The notes under the pieces were generated by a model. The model ran no database searches. It was not told the origin of the DNA and was given only the letters and a program-made list of their open reading frames with translations. Below are positions 36,967 through 49,230 of a stretch of DNA of 64,000 nucleotides, one piece after another. Position 1 is the first letter of the stretch. Every line of letters begins with the position of its first letter. Both the position numbers and the translations under genes were made by a program. The stretch is taken from assembly GCF_018350175.1 (NCBI RefSeq), contig NC_058368.1, forward strand, positions 106,642,001 to 106,706,000, in the 5' to 3' direction. The DNA is from Felis catus. Taxonomy: Eukaryota.

Positions 36967-37572
36967 AAGAGCACCCTTTTCCTCATATCCTCATCCATAG
37001 TGAATATTAACATTCTCTTTATATGAAAGCATACTTTATGAATTTTTAATGTTTTTTTCCCTAACTTACCTTATGTGGTTTACATGCACATAATCATTGC
37101 CCATTAATCTTTTTGTCATTAAAAGCTACACCTAAGTCTCCAATTACACAACTATTCAAGGGAACAGAAAAGCACAGAGATTAAATACAGCTAATACCCA
37201 GGTTTCATGAATGTTAAAATTTTGCCATTGTTGCCTAAGACTTTGGACATTTTTCACGTAGTATTGAACCCCTCATGGTACTCTTCCACAACCATTTTCT
37301 TTTCGAGGTCCTCAGATGTAACCACTGTTTTCAAATTTGTATACGTATTTTCTATCCATACTTTAATAATTGTATTAAGTAGGTATGCATCCATAAAAAT
37401 GTATAATAGCATTGTTTTCTATTATAAAAATTTGCAAAAAATGGAATGATACTGCACACATCTTTCTAGAACTTAGGTTTTTATAATCGTACTTATACGT
37501 GTTTAATATACATAGTAATACGTAAAAACACGTATTTATATCGTATTTTTGAGTTTTTTAATTTAATTTTTT

Positions 37573-37668
37573 AAAAATCTGGAATGCTTCATGAGTTTGC
37601 GTGTTAGCCTTGTGCCAGTCTTCTCTGTGTTGATCCAATTTTAGTGTGTATGCTGCTGAAGCGAGCAC
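37573..37668 (-). pseudogene. RNU6: U6 snRNA retropseudogene with an ~11-nt internal deletion
   Basis: Minus strand reads GTGCTCGCTTCAGCAGCATACACACTAAAATTGGATCAACACAGAGAAGACTGGCA-CAAGGCTAACACGCAAACTCATGAAGCATTCCAGATTTTT, colinear with U6 and followed by an A-rich tail. Many substitutions. Confidence 0.92.
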
Positions 37669-38159
37669 GTCTTGTCCACCCTTTAAACTGTAATGTTTGT
37701 CTGTATGCAGTATAGTTTATCCATTCTCCAATTGATAAATATTCATTCGCCTCCCCCTCCCCTTTTGTTTTTATATTTTGGAGTTATAAGCACTATAATA
37801 ATGATCATCTTTTCGTGAGTTTGGTGTGCAAATGTGTGAGAATTTCTCTTGAGTGTGTACCTATCAGTAATATGTTGGCTTAGAAGATACACATCTTCAT
37901 GTTTATTATATATTATCAAATCGTTCTTCATGGTGATTATAATACTTCTTCCTCTTGCCAGCTGTGTATTTTCCCACATCCATAGCAACAAACTCCTGGT
38001 ATTGTCAGACTGTTATTTTTTCTTGTAATATTTACTCACATTTTGGTAATTGGTAGAACAAATAGAAAAATTTGTTTTTAAAAATGGGAAAACTAAGAAA
38101 TGCCACAACCCACTTTTTTTAACTGGCACTTGCGAAAATTTTATATTTAATAGACATAG

Positions 38160-39935
38160 AACAGTAATCAAGCTAGATCATAAGTGAGGCTGTTAAAGTC
38201 TTCTCAGCAAATTTCAAATAACTGAAAACTTAATTGATGTGTTCTCTGGCAGCAGTGGAATTAATGGAAATCAGATGCAAAATAATACCTCAAAATTAGT
38301 ATAAAATTGTAAGTAAGACAGTATATTACCAAATAATGCATAGATCAAAGAAAAACTCACAAGGGAACTTAAAAAATATTTTGAAATGAATGAAAATGAG
38401 AATACCATATCAAAATATATGGGATACAGCTAGGTAGTACTTATGGGAAAAGTTCTGTCATTAAATACTCATGTCAGGAAATAAGATAGGAAAAGAAGAG
38501 CAAATTAAACCCAAAATGCATAGGAGAAAGGAAATAATATATTTAAGAACAGAAATCATTGAAGTTAAATAAAGCAGAAAAAGTGGAGAAAAAATTTCTG
38601 GAAAGAACGATAAAATTGCTATCGATCAATGTAAAAGAAAATGCAAATTATCAATATTAGGAATAAAAGGGAGACTCACAAAAGTTTCTTTGGAAATAAA
38701 ATTATAATTATAATAAGGAAATATTATAAACCACTTCATGTCTAGAAAGTTTACAACATTACATGAAAGGGGCAGATCTTTGGAAGATACGTATTAACTG
38801 ACTTAAAAAACAATGCAGAACCAGGGTGCCTGGGTGGCTCAGTCAGTTGAGTGTCCAACTTTAGCTCAGGTCATGGTCTGTCAGTTCATGAGTTCAAGCC
38901 CCATGTTGGGCTCTGGGCTGACAGCTTAGAGCCTGGAGCCTGCTTCAGATTCTGTGTCTCCCTCTTTCTCTGTCCCCTCAACCACTCACGCTCTGTCTCT
39001 GTCTCTCTCTCTCTCAAAAAAAAATAAACACTAAAGAAATTAAAAAACAAAACAAAACAGTGAAGAACCTCTGTGAGGCCCCTAAATATAGTTTAATTGA
39101 ACTTGTAGTTAAAATTTTTCCCACAAAGAAAATTCCAGGTCCAAAGGCCTTCATTAGTTAATGTCATCAACCATCTAAAGATGAAATACTACAGATTATT
39201 TCAAGTAATTTGAAGGGACACAGCACTTACTGATACTTTTATGGGGCCAGCATTATCCGATATCAAAAACAGATAAAGATAATGTAAAGAAAAAAACCTA
39301 CTGTGGAATCCAACAGAAACATAGACAGTAAAATTCTTACCAAATATGAACAGATCAAAGCCAGCAATATATGAAAGGATAATACGTCATGACCAGAAAG
39401 AGTTTATCCCAAGAATGCAAGGATAGCTTAACCTTAAAAATATCTATCAGTGTCATTTACTGTATGAAACAAATGAAAGAGAAAAACTATACAATAATGC
39501 CAGTAAATGCAGAAAAATAATTTAGCAAAATTCAACATTAATTTATGGTAAAAGTGCTCAGCAAGCTAAGACTAAATTGTACCTACCAAAAGCATTTAAT
39601 GCACATCTACAAAAGAACCCCCAAAAAACAAAACCCATGTTTGACATTATTTTTAAACGTAGAAGACTGTATATTATCAGCAATAACACAGGAATGCCCA
39701 TTTTGACCGCTTGTTTTTAAGATTGCACTGGAGATCTTAACCAGTACTATAAGCAAAAGTAAATAAACTAAAAAATTAAAGACATGTGCATAGAACAGGA
39801 AAAGGTAGAATTGTCATTATTTGTAGACAATGTGATCCCATACGTGGAAAATCCTACGAAGCTGTGCAATACCTACTCAAACTAAAAAGTGAGTCTAGAA
39901 GGGTCACAAAATGTAATGCCAATTTACAATAAATG
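38160..39935 (+). mobile_element. Old L1M ORF2 fragment, interrupted by a Can-SINE
   Basis: A-rich L1 ORF2 motifs (atcccaagaatgcaaggatagcttaac, aaatgcagaaaaataatttagcaaaattcaaca, gtagacaatgtgatcccatacgtggaaaatcct). Confidence 0.8.
38824..39053 (+). mobile_element. Can-SINE
   Basis: TSD aaaacaatgcagaacc/aaaacagtgaagaacc. Confidence 0.92.
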
Positions 39936-39936
39936 A

Positions 39937-39994
<58 letters not shown>

Positions 39995-40040
39995 GAAGGA
40001 GGGAGGGAGGAGGGAGGAAAGGAAGCAAGGAAGGAGAAGA
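39937..40040. repeat. (GT)n(GA)n plus a GGGA-rich purine tract
   Basis: Read directly. Confidence 0.95.
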
Positions 40041-40471
40041 AGATATCAGTTCTTTTCTCCTTTGCCTCTAGCATTGTCTTGCTCACCCCTGTCGGGTCCA
40101 AATATTATTTAGCTTACTACACATGCAACTTGAATGCGATAGTCTTTCCCATATAGTCATTACTGATCAGAATAAAGTTGAGGCAACTACAACTTCTTTC
40201 TTAGATATCTATACAACCTCTGCTTGATCGTTTTCTTTTTTCAGAGGTATAGTTGGGCCGTGCCAACCTGCAGAGAAAAATTTGAGTCAGGACTTACAAA
40301 GCTAGATGGTACTTTTTCAACATACGATGTTATTTATTATATAAATAAAAGTGTATTTCAACAATAAAGTTAGTCTTACCATTTTAAAGCTCTATAAATA
40401 AAATTGCTTAAAAACTCACTCTGTAGTAGGTAAGTATTAAGTATTTCTATTTTATGGCCTTTGAGGTCTGC

Positions 40472-40698
40472 TTTTTTTTTTATTTAAAATTTTTTTTTTT
40501 CAACGTTTATTTTTGGGACAGAGAGAGAGATAGCATGAACGGGGTTGGGGCAGAGAGAGAGGGAGACACAGAATCGGAAACAGGCTCCAGGCTCTGAGCC
40601 ATCAGCCCAGAGCCCGACGCGGGGCTCGAACTCACAGACCGCGAGATCGTGGCCTGGCTGAAGTCGGATGCTTAACAGACTGCGCCACCCAGGCGCCC
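40472..40698 (-). mobile_element. Young Can-SINE (SINEC_Fc)
   Basis: CpG-rich and close to the 1554/5426 copies; TSD tgaggtctgcttt. Confidence 0.95.
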
Positions 40699-40863
40699 AT
40701 GAGGTCTGCTTTTAAATTTACTAAAAGTCTGTCTTATAGTAACTGTGTATATATATATATGTACATATATATACAGTTTATAATCACATAGGACAGATCC
40801 AGCTCACCATCTTGCCTAGTGTCTTGATCCAGTTGTAAATGGACAGATTTCTATTCAGGGATA

Positions 40864-40867
<4 letters not shown>

Positions 40868-40909
<42 letters not shown>
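40868..40909. repeat. (TG)n microsatellite
   Basis: Read directly. Confidence 0.97.
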
Positions 40910-40912
<3 letters not shown>

Positions 40913-42799
40913 ATGATATATAAACATATATCATACAATTAGCATATATATTAACTAATATAACAATTTTAAAGTTTTGCATTTTTCTTCTTTTTATGTA
41001 TGTGGAATAATAAATACGTTTATCCTTTCTCTTGGTACTTGTACTGAATTCCAGACGTTTTCTAGATGAACTTATTCAGTTTGAAATAATTAATCTCAGT
41101 TTGTCTGCAAGGGTGGTCTGCGTTCTTACTAATTAAGAGTGTAATTCATTAAACCATGTGTCTTTATCTCTTTAAAGCAATTTACTCTGACATATACTGA
41201 GTTAAAACTGTAATTCATATGTATTCTTTGGGTAGTTGTTGAATCAAACCTGAAGGGATTCATACCCATATATGGATTTGAAGTCTACATGTTGGATAAG
41301 TTGAATAAATAATAAGTCACAGATAAATTGCAAGACCAAAAGAAAGCATGAGGCAATGTTGTAACTCTGTATTGTGTGGGTGGTGTGATTTTCAGGCCTC
41401 TGGTTTTATTTACTTTCTGTTAGAGATCCTTTTAACAGGCCTAGCAAAGGAAATATACCAGGCTTTTATGTTGAATTGAAAATCGTAATTATCTAGAGAT
41501 AAAGTACTTGAGACTCTGTAAGGTAGAGCACAGGAATAGTTCACTTTTTATAGAGATTTATAGTTGGGTGAAGTGCTTTCATGTATATCCTTTCATTTAA
41601 TGGACAGGAAATGGTTATTTGTAAGATAGAAGAGAGTTGCTTCAATTTCACTCTTAATGTTGCCTTTGTCCTGGCTAAGCTTTATACAGACACTCACACC
41701 CATTTTTATCTGCCAGACATCAGCCCAGCAACTAAGGCTGAAAAGTGAACCAAGTTTGGCATGAGTGTTCTTTAAATCAATGAGTGGCGTTGAAGGAAGT
41801 TAATCCAGAGTATAGAATACATTAAAAAATGTTACAAAGCCTCCGTAGTAGTCCTTAGTAGTCCGTGAAGATCAGGCTCTTAATGTTACAATTGAGACTT
41901 TAGCTTCATTTCATAGTTTTGGTTTACTACCCAAATCGGTAGATAATAATTCTGATGTCATTATCACTTAAGGGCTAGCATGTATTGAGTGACTATTATG
42001 AAAAGTCAAGTGCAATTTATATGCTTAATTAGAGCAATTGGTGGGTCTTCTCATCTGAAAACTTATTACCAGAAGAAAAAGAAAAGGTGGTGTGGCAGAA
42101 AGGAGAGGAAACTGCATCTTGAATTCTCTTTTCTGTACTGTTCCTTGGGTTCATCTCTCTCTGACTGGAAAGGTGTTAGTCTATAAGGTCCTGTTGGTAA
42201 CCAAGGTGATCTTATCTCAGTAGCATGTGGTGGGACGCTCAATGAAGTCACTGTGAAGAAGCCCATTTCCAAACCTACTGGCGTATGGCAGCTTCAGTTT
42301 TCAAACAGAACTGCAAGGCACTTAAGCTTTACTTTTTTTTTTTTTTTAATTCAGTGATCTCAAAGCTTCCATTTTATCTTTTATGAGATTTTTTTCAGGA
42401 CCATTGGCTCATAGTGCTCTGGGTGGATGAACAGTTCAGTTATAATTCCCTGAGACTGTTTTCATATCTTCTAGGAAGCATATTTTGAGTTATGCAGATG
42501 CCTTGGAAGCGTCCACCTTCTGTGATGGGGGGTCTGGTACTATTATTTAGAATAGTTCATAGTGTTTGTTTTGAACATTGCAGCTGGTGAGAATTTTTTA
42601 CAGGTTAAATTGTTAATTTCTCAGGAGCCATGATCAACAGATCTCAGTACTTTTTCTCTAACAATGAGAAAAATAAGAACCAGTGAAGTTATATTACTTG
42701 CTTAAGCTGACACAGGTTCCATCTGATGGAGCAGATACGGAGTTTGGCCTTTCAGTCCACATCTTCTGCTTTTTCCTTTACGATTAAGGTTTGTTCTAG

Positions 42800-42878
42800 A
42801 TAGGTTGAATTATATAAAATTGTCAATACATGAATGTTTGATGTACAATAAAAAGCAATTTTATATGCTACAACTTAA
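42800..42878. mobile_element. MADE2-like mariner MITE (~80-bp imperfect palindrome)
   Basis: taggttgaattatataaaattg...caattttatatgctacaactta terminal inverted repeats. Confidence 0.7.
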
Positions 42879-43165
42879 AAAATATCCCAAACACCAAAAA
42901 TCTCCATTTAGGAAAAGTTAATTACACATGCAGCTAAAACAGTAATTGTTTTGAAAGCCTAATACTTAATTTGCAGGGGAAAAAAAAACCTAAGTCATTA
43001 CTAATTGCAATGGAATGCAAGAGCAAACACAGTAGCTTATGGAGCTCCTTGGCTCCTTTACATTAAGGACTCAGGAGGCAGGCTGCCATGTTTGAATCCA
43101 AGCCCCCCTATTACAATCCTACTGTGTGACCTTACATAACCACTCAGTGCCTCTGTATCGTCACC

Positions 43166-43369
43166 TTTTTTTTTTAATGTTTATTTTTGAGACAGAGGGA
43201 GAGTGCAAGTAGGGGAGGGGCAGAGAGCAGAGAGAGGGATACAGAGGATCCAAAGTGGGCTCTGTGCTGACAGCAGTGAGCCCGATGTGGGCTCAAACTC
43301 ACGAACCATGAGATTTTGAGAATCTGAGCCAAAGTTGGGCGCGTAATCGACTGAGCTACCCAGGCGCCC
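43166..43369 (-). mobile_element. Can-SINE inserted in a MIR-like relic
   Basis: TSD tgtatcgtcacctttt/tgtatcttcacttttt. Confidence 0.9.
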
Positions 43370-44412
43370 TGTATCTTCACTTTTTAAGATTCAGTAAGTT
43401 ACTTGAATGCCTCACTGTAAGGGCTTTAAATGTGTTTATTAAGTGAGATGGAAATGAGGAATGGAAAATATTTTGGTCAATGCATTGAATAGTCATCTAG
43501 ACTTTTTAAAATGTTACCTATTAGATATTTTTTAATTAATTAAATAAAGGAGGAATATTAAGTTAGGTTAACATAAGAAGTAGTATACCCATGTGCGATT
43601 TGTTATCAATTTGTTTAAACAGATCTGAAAGAAAACGTATACATCTACCCCTTGCATTCCAGGAAATGTCTGTTGGTTGATTGAGCAGTTAAATGAAGTT
43701 TCTCACTAACATTCTTCCCCCCAAATTCCTTTCAAATTTTTAGTGCTAAAGTGGCCTCTAGGATCTGATTTCCAAAAGGGCTCTGACACTTCCCCATTCA
43801 AGTACAAATAAATGACACAGTGACTTCCCATGGCCAAGTGATCAAAGTAACTATAATGTACACACCCGCGGAGATGATGGGTTGATTTGCTTGTTTTCCG
43901 GTAACCTTCAATTTCCTATATGGCCTTCAAAAATTTCAGAAGAATGTGTAAGAAGCAGGAATGAAAAGAGAATGTGCATGGCTAGCCTGTTAGGGACTGT
44001 ACTAAGTACTTTACAAGGTAAGAATAAATTCGTAATACTGAGTGAAAGGCACACAATTGAATGTGTGTGCTCAAATTTGTATGCTGAATGAAAGTGCTCA
44101 AATTCCTCTGTTGAGTCTACCAAATAAAAATAATTATTTTAAATAATTTATTTCTGGTTTGTGAAAGATAAAATAAGTACTGGCCACATGGAATTGAGGT
44201 CTCGGTAGGTAATGAGATAAAATCCATAACCCTTCCAGTAAATCCGTGCATTCTGATGTGTCATTTCATCCCAGGTTACTGACAGAATTCAGAGTCAACA
44301 TTGAACCGCTGTGATTGTCTTTTAAAAACATGTATTTTATAACCATCTTATTCTTTTAGATTGACTCACATGGAGGTCATGCACGTTGTTGTCTAATTAT
44401 GAGAAGCAATTT

Positions 44413-44778
44413 TTTTAAAACATTAAAAATTTTCTTTAATGTTTATTTATTTTTGAGAGAGAGAGAGAGCATGAATAGGGAAGGAACAGAGAGAGAGGGA
44501 GACTCACAATCCAAAGCAGGCTCCAGGCTCTGAGCTGTCAGCACAGAGCCTGACCCAGGGCTTGAACCCACGAATCACAAGATCATGACCTGAGCCGAAG
44601 TCGGACGCTTAACCGACTGAGCCACCCAGGTGCCCCCACTTTTCTTAAAAATTTAAAAAAATTTTTCATGTTTATTTATTTTTGAGAGAGAGGCAAACAG
44701 AGCATGAGTGGGGGAGAAACAGAGGGAGAGGGAGAATCTAAAGCAGGCTCCAGACTCCACGCTGTCAGCACGGAGCCC
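44413..44778 (-). mobile_element. Composite Can-SINE: full copy (~44420-44637) plus a 5'-truncated copy (~44650-44778)
   Basis: One TSD, tatgagaagcaattt (44398-44412/44779-44793), brackets both copies. Confidence 0.88.
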
Positions 44779-45395
44779 TATGAGAAGCAATTTCCACTGC
44801 CAGTCTTGAACTTGACCTCTCCCTTCTGCACATGTGCAGGTATTTCTTTTTGGTGAAACTCCCAAGACACTGAGTATGCACATTTTCATTTGAGAGATAG
44901 TGCAGAATTGCTCTCCCAAGTGTTCATAGCAACTAATCTACCACCAGGGCTGTTTCAGAGTACTTGTTATTCCAGTAACCTCTCAGCCCTTGATATGCTC
45001 TAGTTTTACATTTGACTGCCATGTAACAGTGCACTCATGCCTGTTTGTTGGAATTTTGAAAATTACTAACCATGGTTCCATACCTCTTTCTCTTTTTGTT
45101 TGTCTTCAGTGTAAAATATATATACCATTTACTCATTTAGATGTTAGGGTCTTTATGATTGTCATTTACAGAATCATTTTGATGCAGTCATATTTATTCC
45201 AAATGTTTTCTCAGTCCAAAAGTTTTGCATTTTAAAGTTTTCAGAGTTTTGGATAGCATTTGTTTTCTTTTAAATGAGATATTGTGCAGTAATTTTTAAA
45301 AAGTAACTCATTCATTAATCATTTCGGATGTGGATATTTAGGTAGGTTTCTAACTATTTAAATGAAGGTATCTTAAGAATACTAATATAAAACAA

Positions 45396-45616
45396 GGAGC
45401 GCCTGGGTGGCTCAGTTGGTTGAGCGTCTGACTTCATCTCAGGTCATGATCTCGCTGTTGGTGAGTTTGAGCCCTGTGTCGGGCTCTGTGCTGACAGCTC
45501 ATAGCCTGGAGCCTGCTTCAGATTCTCTGTCATCCTCTCTCTCTGCCCCTCTTCTGCTTGTTCTCTCCCTCTCTCTCTGTCAAAAATAAATAAACATTTA
45601 AAAAATAAAAAATAAA
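45396..45616 (+). mobile_element. Can-SINE
   Basis: TSD aagaatactaatataaaacaa/aagaatactaatatcaaacaa. Confidence 0.92.
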
Positions 45617-46185
45617 AAGAATACTAATATCAAACAAGAAAGAGATTTCTAGGAAACATTGTCATTCTGTCTTTGCCTCAACCTATTCAGTAATTTTACT
45701 TCACAATTTGCAAGTGCTAAGAATCTTTAAGTACTTGCTTATTAACATTATCTTACTTTGCCCTCAGCAGCATTGGAAATAGCCACTCATGCTGTCTCTC
45801 CCTCTCAATACATGTTTTTATCACTTGCCATCCAGGACCCTATACCTCCCTGACTGTTTCTTCTTGGATCGCTTCATTGATCATCATTCTTCTCTTCATC
45901 TTCCTAACAGATATGACCTAGTGTTCAGTCATGGGTCTTCTTTTCTGGTCTGTGTGCACTTAATCCGGGATCTTACCCAGTCTCATAGCTTAAATGCCAA
46001 CTGTATGCCAGTGATTCCAAAATAGGTAATTCTAATTTAGACCTCTCTGTTGAGCTCCAAGTCCAGCTATGTACTTGATATTTCAACATGAGGTCTAGTA
46101 GATAATATCAAACTTAACATCTTCAAACTGAAGTGATCATCTCTTCCACTCCAACACCAAACTCTGCTCTTCTCACGTTATTCTT

Positions 46186-46398
46186 TTAAATCTTTTTTTA
46201 GTGTTTTATTTATTTTTTAAGAGAGAGACAGAGTGTGAGCAGGGAAGGGGCAGAGAGAGGTGGAGACAGAATGCAAAGCAGGCTCCGGGCTCTGAGCTGT
46301 CAGCACAGAGCCCGATGCTGGTCTAGAACCCACAAACTGCAAGATTATGACCTGAGCCCAATTCGGACGTTTATCTGACTGAGCCACCCAGGTGCCCC
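46186..46398 (-). mobile_element. Can-SINE inside an L2-like relic
   Basis: Reverse-complement SINEC; TSD-like ctcacgttattctttt/ctcacattattttt. Confidence 0.9.
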
Positions 46399-46684
46399 TC
46401 CTCACATTATTTTTCATCCTATTGATGGTCATTTGGCAAAGGCCAAAAATCAGATTGTGGTCCTGAATTCCTTTCTTTCTTTCAGAGTGCACATTCAAAC
46501 ATTGTAAGCCCTTCCTTCTACTTGAGCTGCCAATAACCTCTCATCATGTCATGTCGCCTTTCTCCATCTGTAGTCTATCCTCAGTATAGCCACCAGAGTG
46601 AACCTTTTAAATAGGTCCAAGCTTGCTAATTGTGGTACTTGTAAAGACCATATAGAGGTAGTGAAAATTTAAAATGTGAATGCA

Positions 46685-46889
46685 GGGTTGCCTGGGTGGC
46701 TCATTCGGTTAAGGGTCCAACTTTGGCTCAAGTCATGATGTCGTGATTCATAGGTTCGAGCCCCATGTCGGGCTCTGTGCTGATAGCTCACAGCCTGGAG
46801 CCTACTTCAGATTCTGTGTCTCCCTTCTCTGCCCTTCCCCCCACTCACTCTCTCCCTCTCTCAAAAAAATAAACATTAAAAAAATAAAA
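46685..46889 (+). mobile_element. Can-SINE
   Basis: Head, body and tail present. Confidence 0.9.
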
Positions 46890-47012
46890 CAGGAATGCAA
46901 AAGATACACACATCTTCAGTGTAGTAGTTATCTCTTAGCAATAAGAGAAGGGATTTGGTTTTGGGAAGGTGTGTAGGTCCATTTCAACTGAATCAAGAAA
47001 TTGTTATATTTT

Positions 47013-47225
47013 GGGGAGCCTGGATGGCTCAGTTGGTTAAGCATCCGACTTCGGCTCAGGTCATGATCTTGCGGTTTGTGGGTTTGAGCCCCACGTCGGC
47101 TCTGTGCTGACAGCTCAGAGCCTGGAGCCTGCTTCGGGTTCTGGGTCTCCCTCTCTCTGCCCCTCCCTGACTCATTCTCTCTCTCTGTCTCTCTCTGTCT
47201 CAAAAATAAACATTAAACAAAAATA
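47013..47225 (+). mobile_element. Can-SINE
   Basis: TSD aaattgttatatt. Confidence 0.92.
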
Positions 47226-48262
47226 AATTGTTATATTAAAAAAATTATCTGTAGTACATACGTGTTAACATTTGTTAAATACTGGGAATGGATTCCTGGG
47301 CACTCTATTATCCTATATATTTCTGAAAGTTTGAGGTATTTCATAGTAAAGAATGATTAATAATAAATAAAAAACGCCTCCCCTCTTGTTTTCCTAAACC
47401 AGTCTGTAGCAGGTTCTTAATGTGTTACTTTTCTTCTAGTCTGTTATTTCAACTCATCCTATATGCTAGTCATTTTTTATTGAACATTCACTTCCGTACT
47501 TAAAAGTCATAGAAAATCAAACATAAGAATGACATTTGTAAACTAGAGAGCCTCCAAGTAAAATGAGAAGATCAAGACAGATTTCATATCACAGATGATT
47601 ATGGTAACTGGACACATAGAGAGAGGCCATGAGCGTATTTGTCATATATTTGAAAGGGGATAGATGCTTAAGGTGTAGAATCAGGACTCATGATTTCTGA
47701 ACCTTTTATGAAAATATTTCTGAGACTTACTCCTGTCCATTGGAGGCCTGGATTGCTTCAGAGCAGTGACTGCTCTGTTAGTGACTGAAGTGCATAAGCA
47801 GAATATTAAATATTTATCAAAGGTGTTGATGGATGATTTCTTCTGTGGGTGGAATTTGGAACAAAATGACCTCTGATTTCTGGTTTGGATATGCTCTTGT
47901 TTATAAATGTCTTTTTTAAGACGTGATGCATGGACATAATCTTCCTGATGTGGCTGGGTATATGCAGAGTGCATTGGATTTCCTGTTTCATACCATACCT
48001 TTTCAGCTCTATAGATGTATGACCTCTCTTAAGTCAGCCTGATAATTACAGTAGCTTTTTGAGCCTGTGTTCTCACTGATAGGACTAAAGAGTGGGTAGG
48101 GAAAGGTGGGGAGGAAAGACACTCAAATGTTTTCTTTTAGCATTGCTGAGTCCCAGATTGGCATTCGGGCATCTTGAGGGTAAGAAACAGGCCATGTAAA
48201 GAAGAACATTTTTGGTACAAGATTTATTTTTCCCTGTGAGAGGGTAAAACACCAATATAATT

Positions 48263-48477
48263 TCTTTTTTTTTTTTTTTTTAATTTATTTTTGGGACAGA
48301 GAGAGACAGAGCATGAACGGGGGAGGGGCAGAGAGAGAGGGAGACACAGAATCGGAAACAGGCTCCAGGCTCCAAGCCATCAGCCCAGAGCCTGACGCGG
48401 GGCTCGAACTCACGGACTGCGAGATCGTGACCTGGCTGAAGTCGGACGCTTAACCGACTGCGCCACCCAGGCGCCCC
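48263..48477 (-). mobile_element. Young Can-SINE (SINEC_Fc)
   Basis: CpG-rich with a long T tract; TSD taatttctt. Confidence 0.95.
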
Positions 48478-48599
48478 TAATTTCTTAAATATTACTTCAT
48501 GCCATTCAAAATGGGAGTGGGAGAGAATATTTGATTTTCCTGTGGATCCTAAATGGAAAAATAATAACACACTTTGCTGATGTGCATGCAAATGAGAAG

Positions 48600-48707
48600 G
48601 ATGACTTAAAATCAGAAGGACAACTTGATGTGTGATGGGGTTGTGTCCTGATAGATGACTTAAAATCAGAAGGACAACTTGATGTGTGATGGGGTTGTGT
48701 CCTGATA
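48600..48707. repeat. Perfect 54-bp tandem duplication
   Basis: gatgacttaaaatcagaaggacaacttgatgtgtgatggggttgtgtcctgata x2. Confidence 0.97.
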
Positions 48708-49230
48708 AACCCTTCATAAATTGAAAACGTCATGAGTCAAAAATGCTCATGTAAGGTTAGTACACTTAACCTCCCAAACATCATCATTTAGGCTAGCCTA
48801 CCTTAAATATGTTCAGAACACCTCCACTTGGGAAAATGCATACATACATACATACATACATACATACATACATAATAAAATAAAATAAAAATACAAAATC
48901 TAATACAAAGTGGATTTTGTAATATTATGTTGATTCTCTCATGTGATTTATTAAATAGTGTACTAAAAGTGAAAAACAGAATGGTTCTGTGGGTGCAGAA
49001 TGGTTGTAGGCACGTTGGTTGTTTACCCTTGGGATGGCGTGGCTGACGGGCCCCTGTGGCTCCTCGTGCTGTCTGTACTCACTGGAGAGCGTCCTATGCA
49101 TGTCGCCAGCCCAGGAAAAGATCCACATTCAGAAGGTGGGGTATGGTTTCTACTGAACGCTCCTTACTTCTGCACCATCGTCAAGCTGTATAATCCCAAA
49201 TCGAACCGTTGTAATTTGGAGACTGTGTGT
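48675..49230 (+). mobile_element. Tigger3/MER7 (GOLEM) non-autonomous DNA transposon
   Basis: gatggggttgtgtcctgataaacc...ctagcctaccttaaa...aaagtgaaaaacagaatggtt...ggtttctactgaa...tcgaaccgttgtaatttggagactgt matches the Tigger3 consensus as I recall it. Confidence 0.82.

Noticed and set aside
48600..48707. Direct repeats as a CRISPR-like array
   Set aside because: Only two abutting copies with no spacers, in eukaryotic intron context; the same applies to 6503-6573 and 50920-51001.
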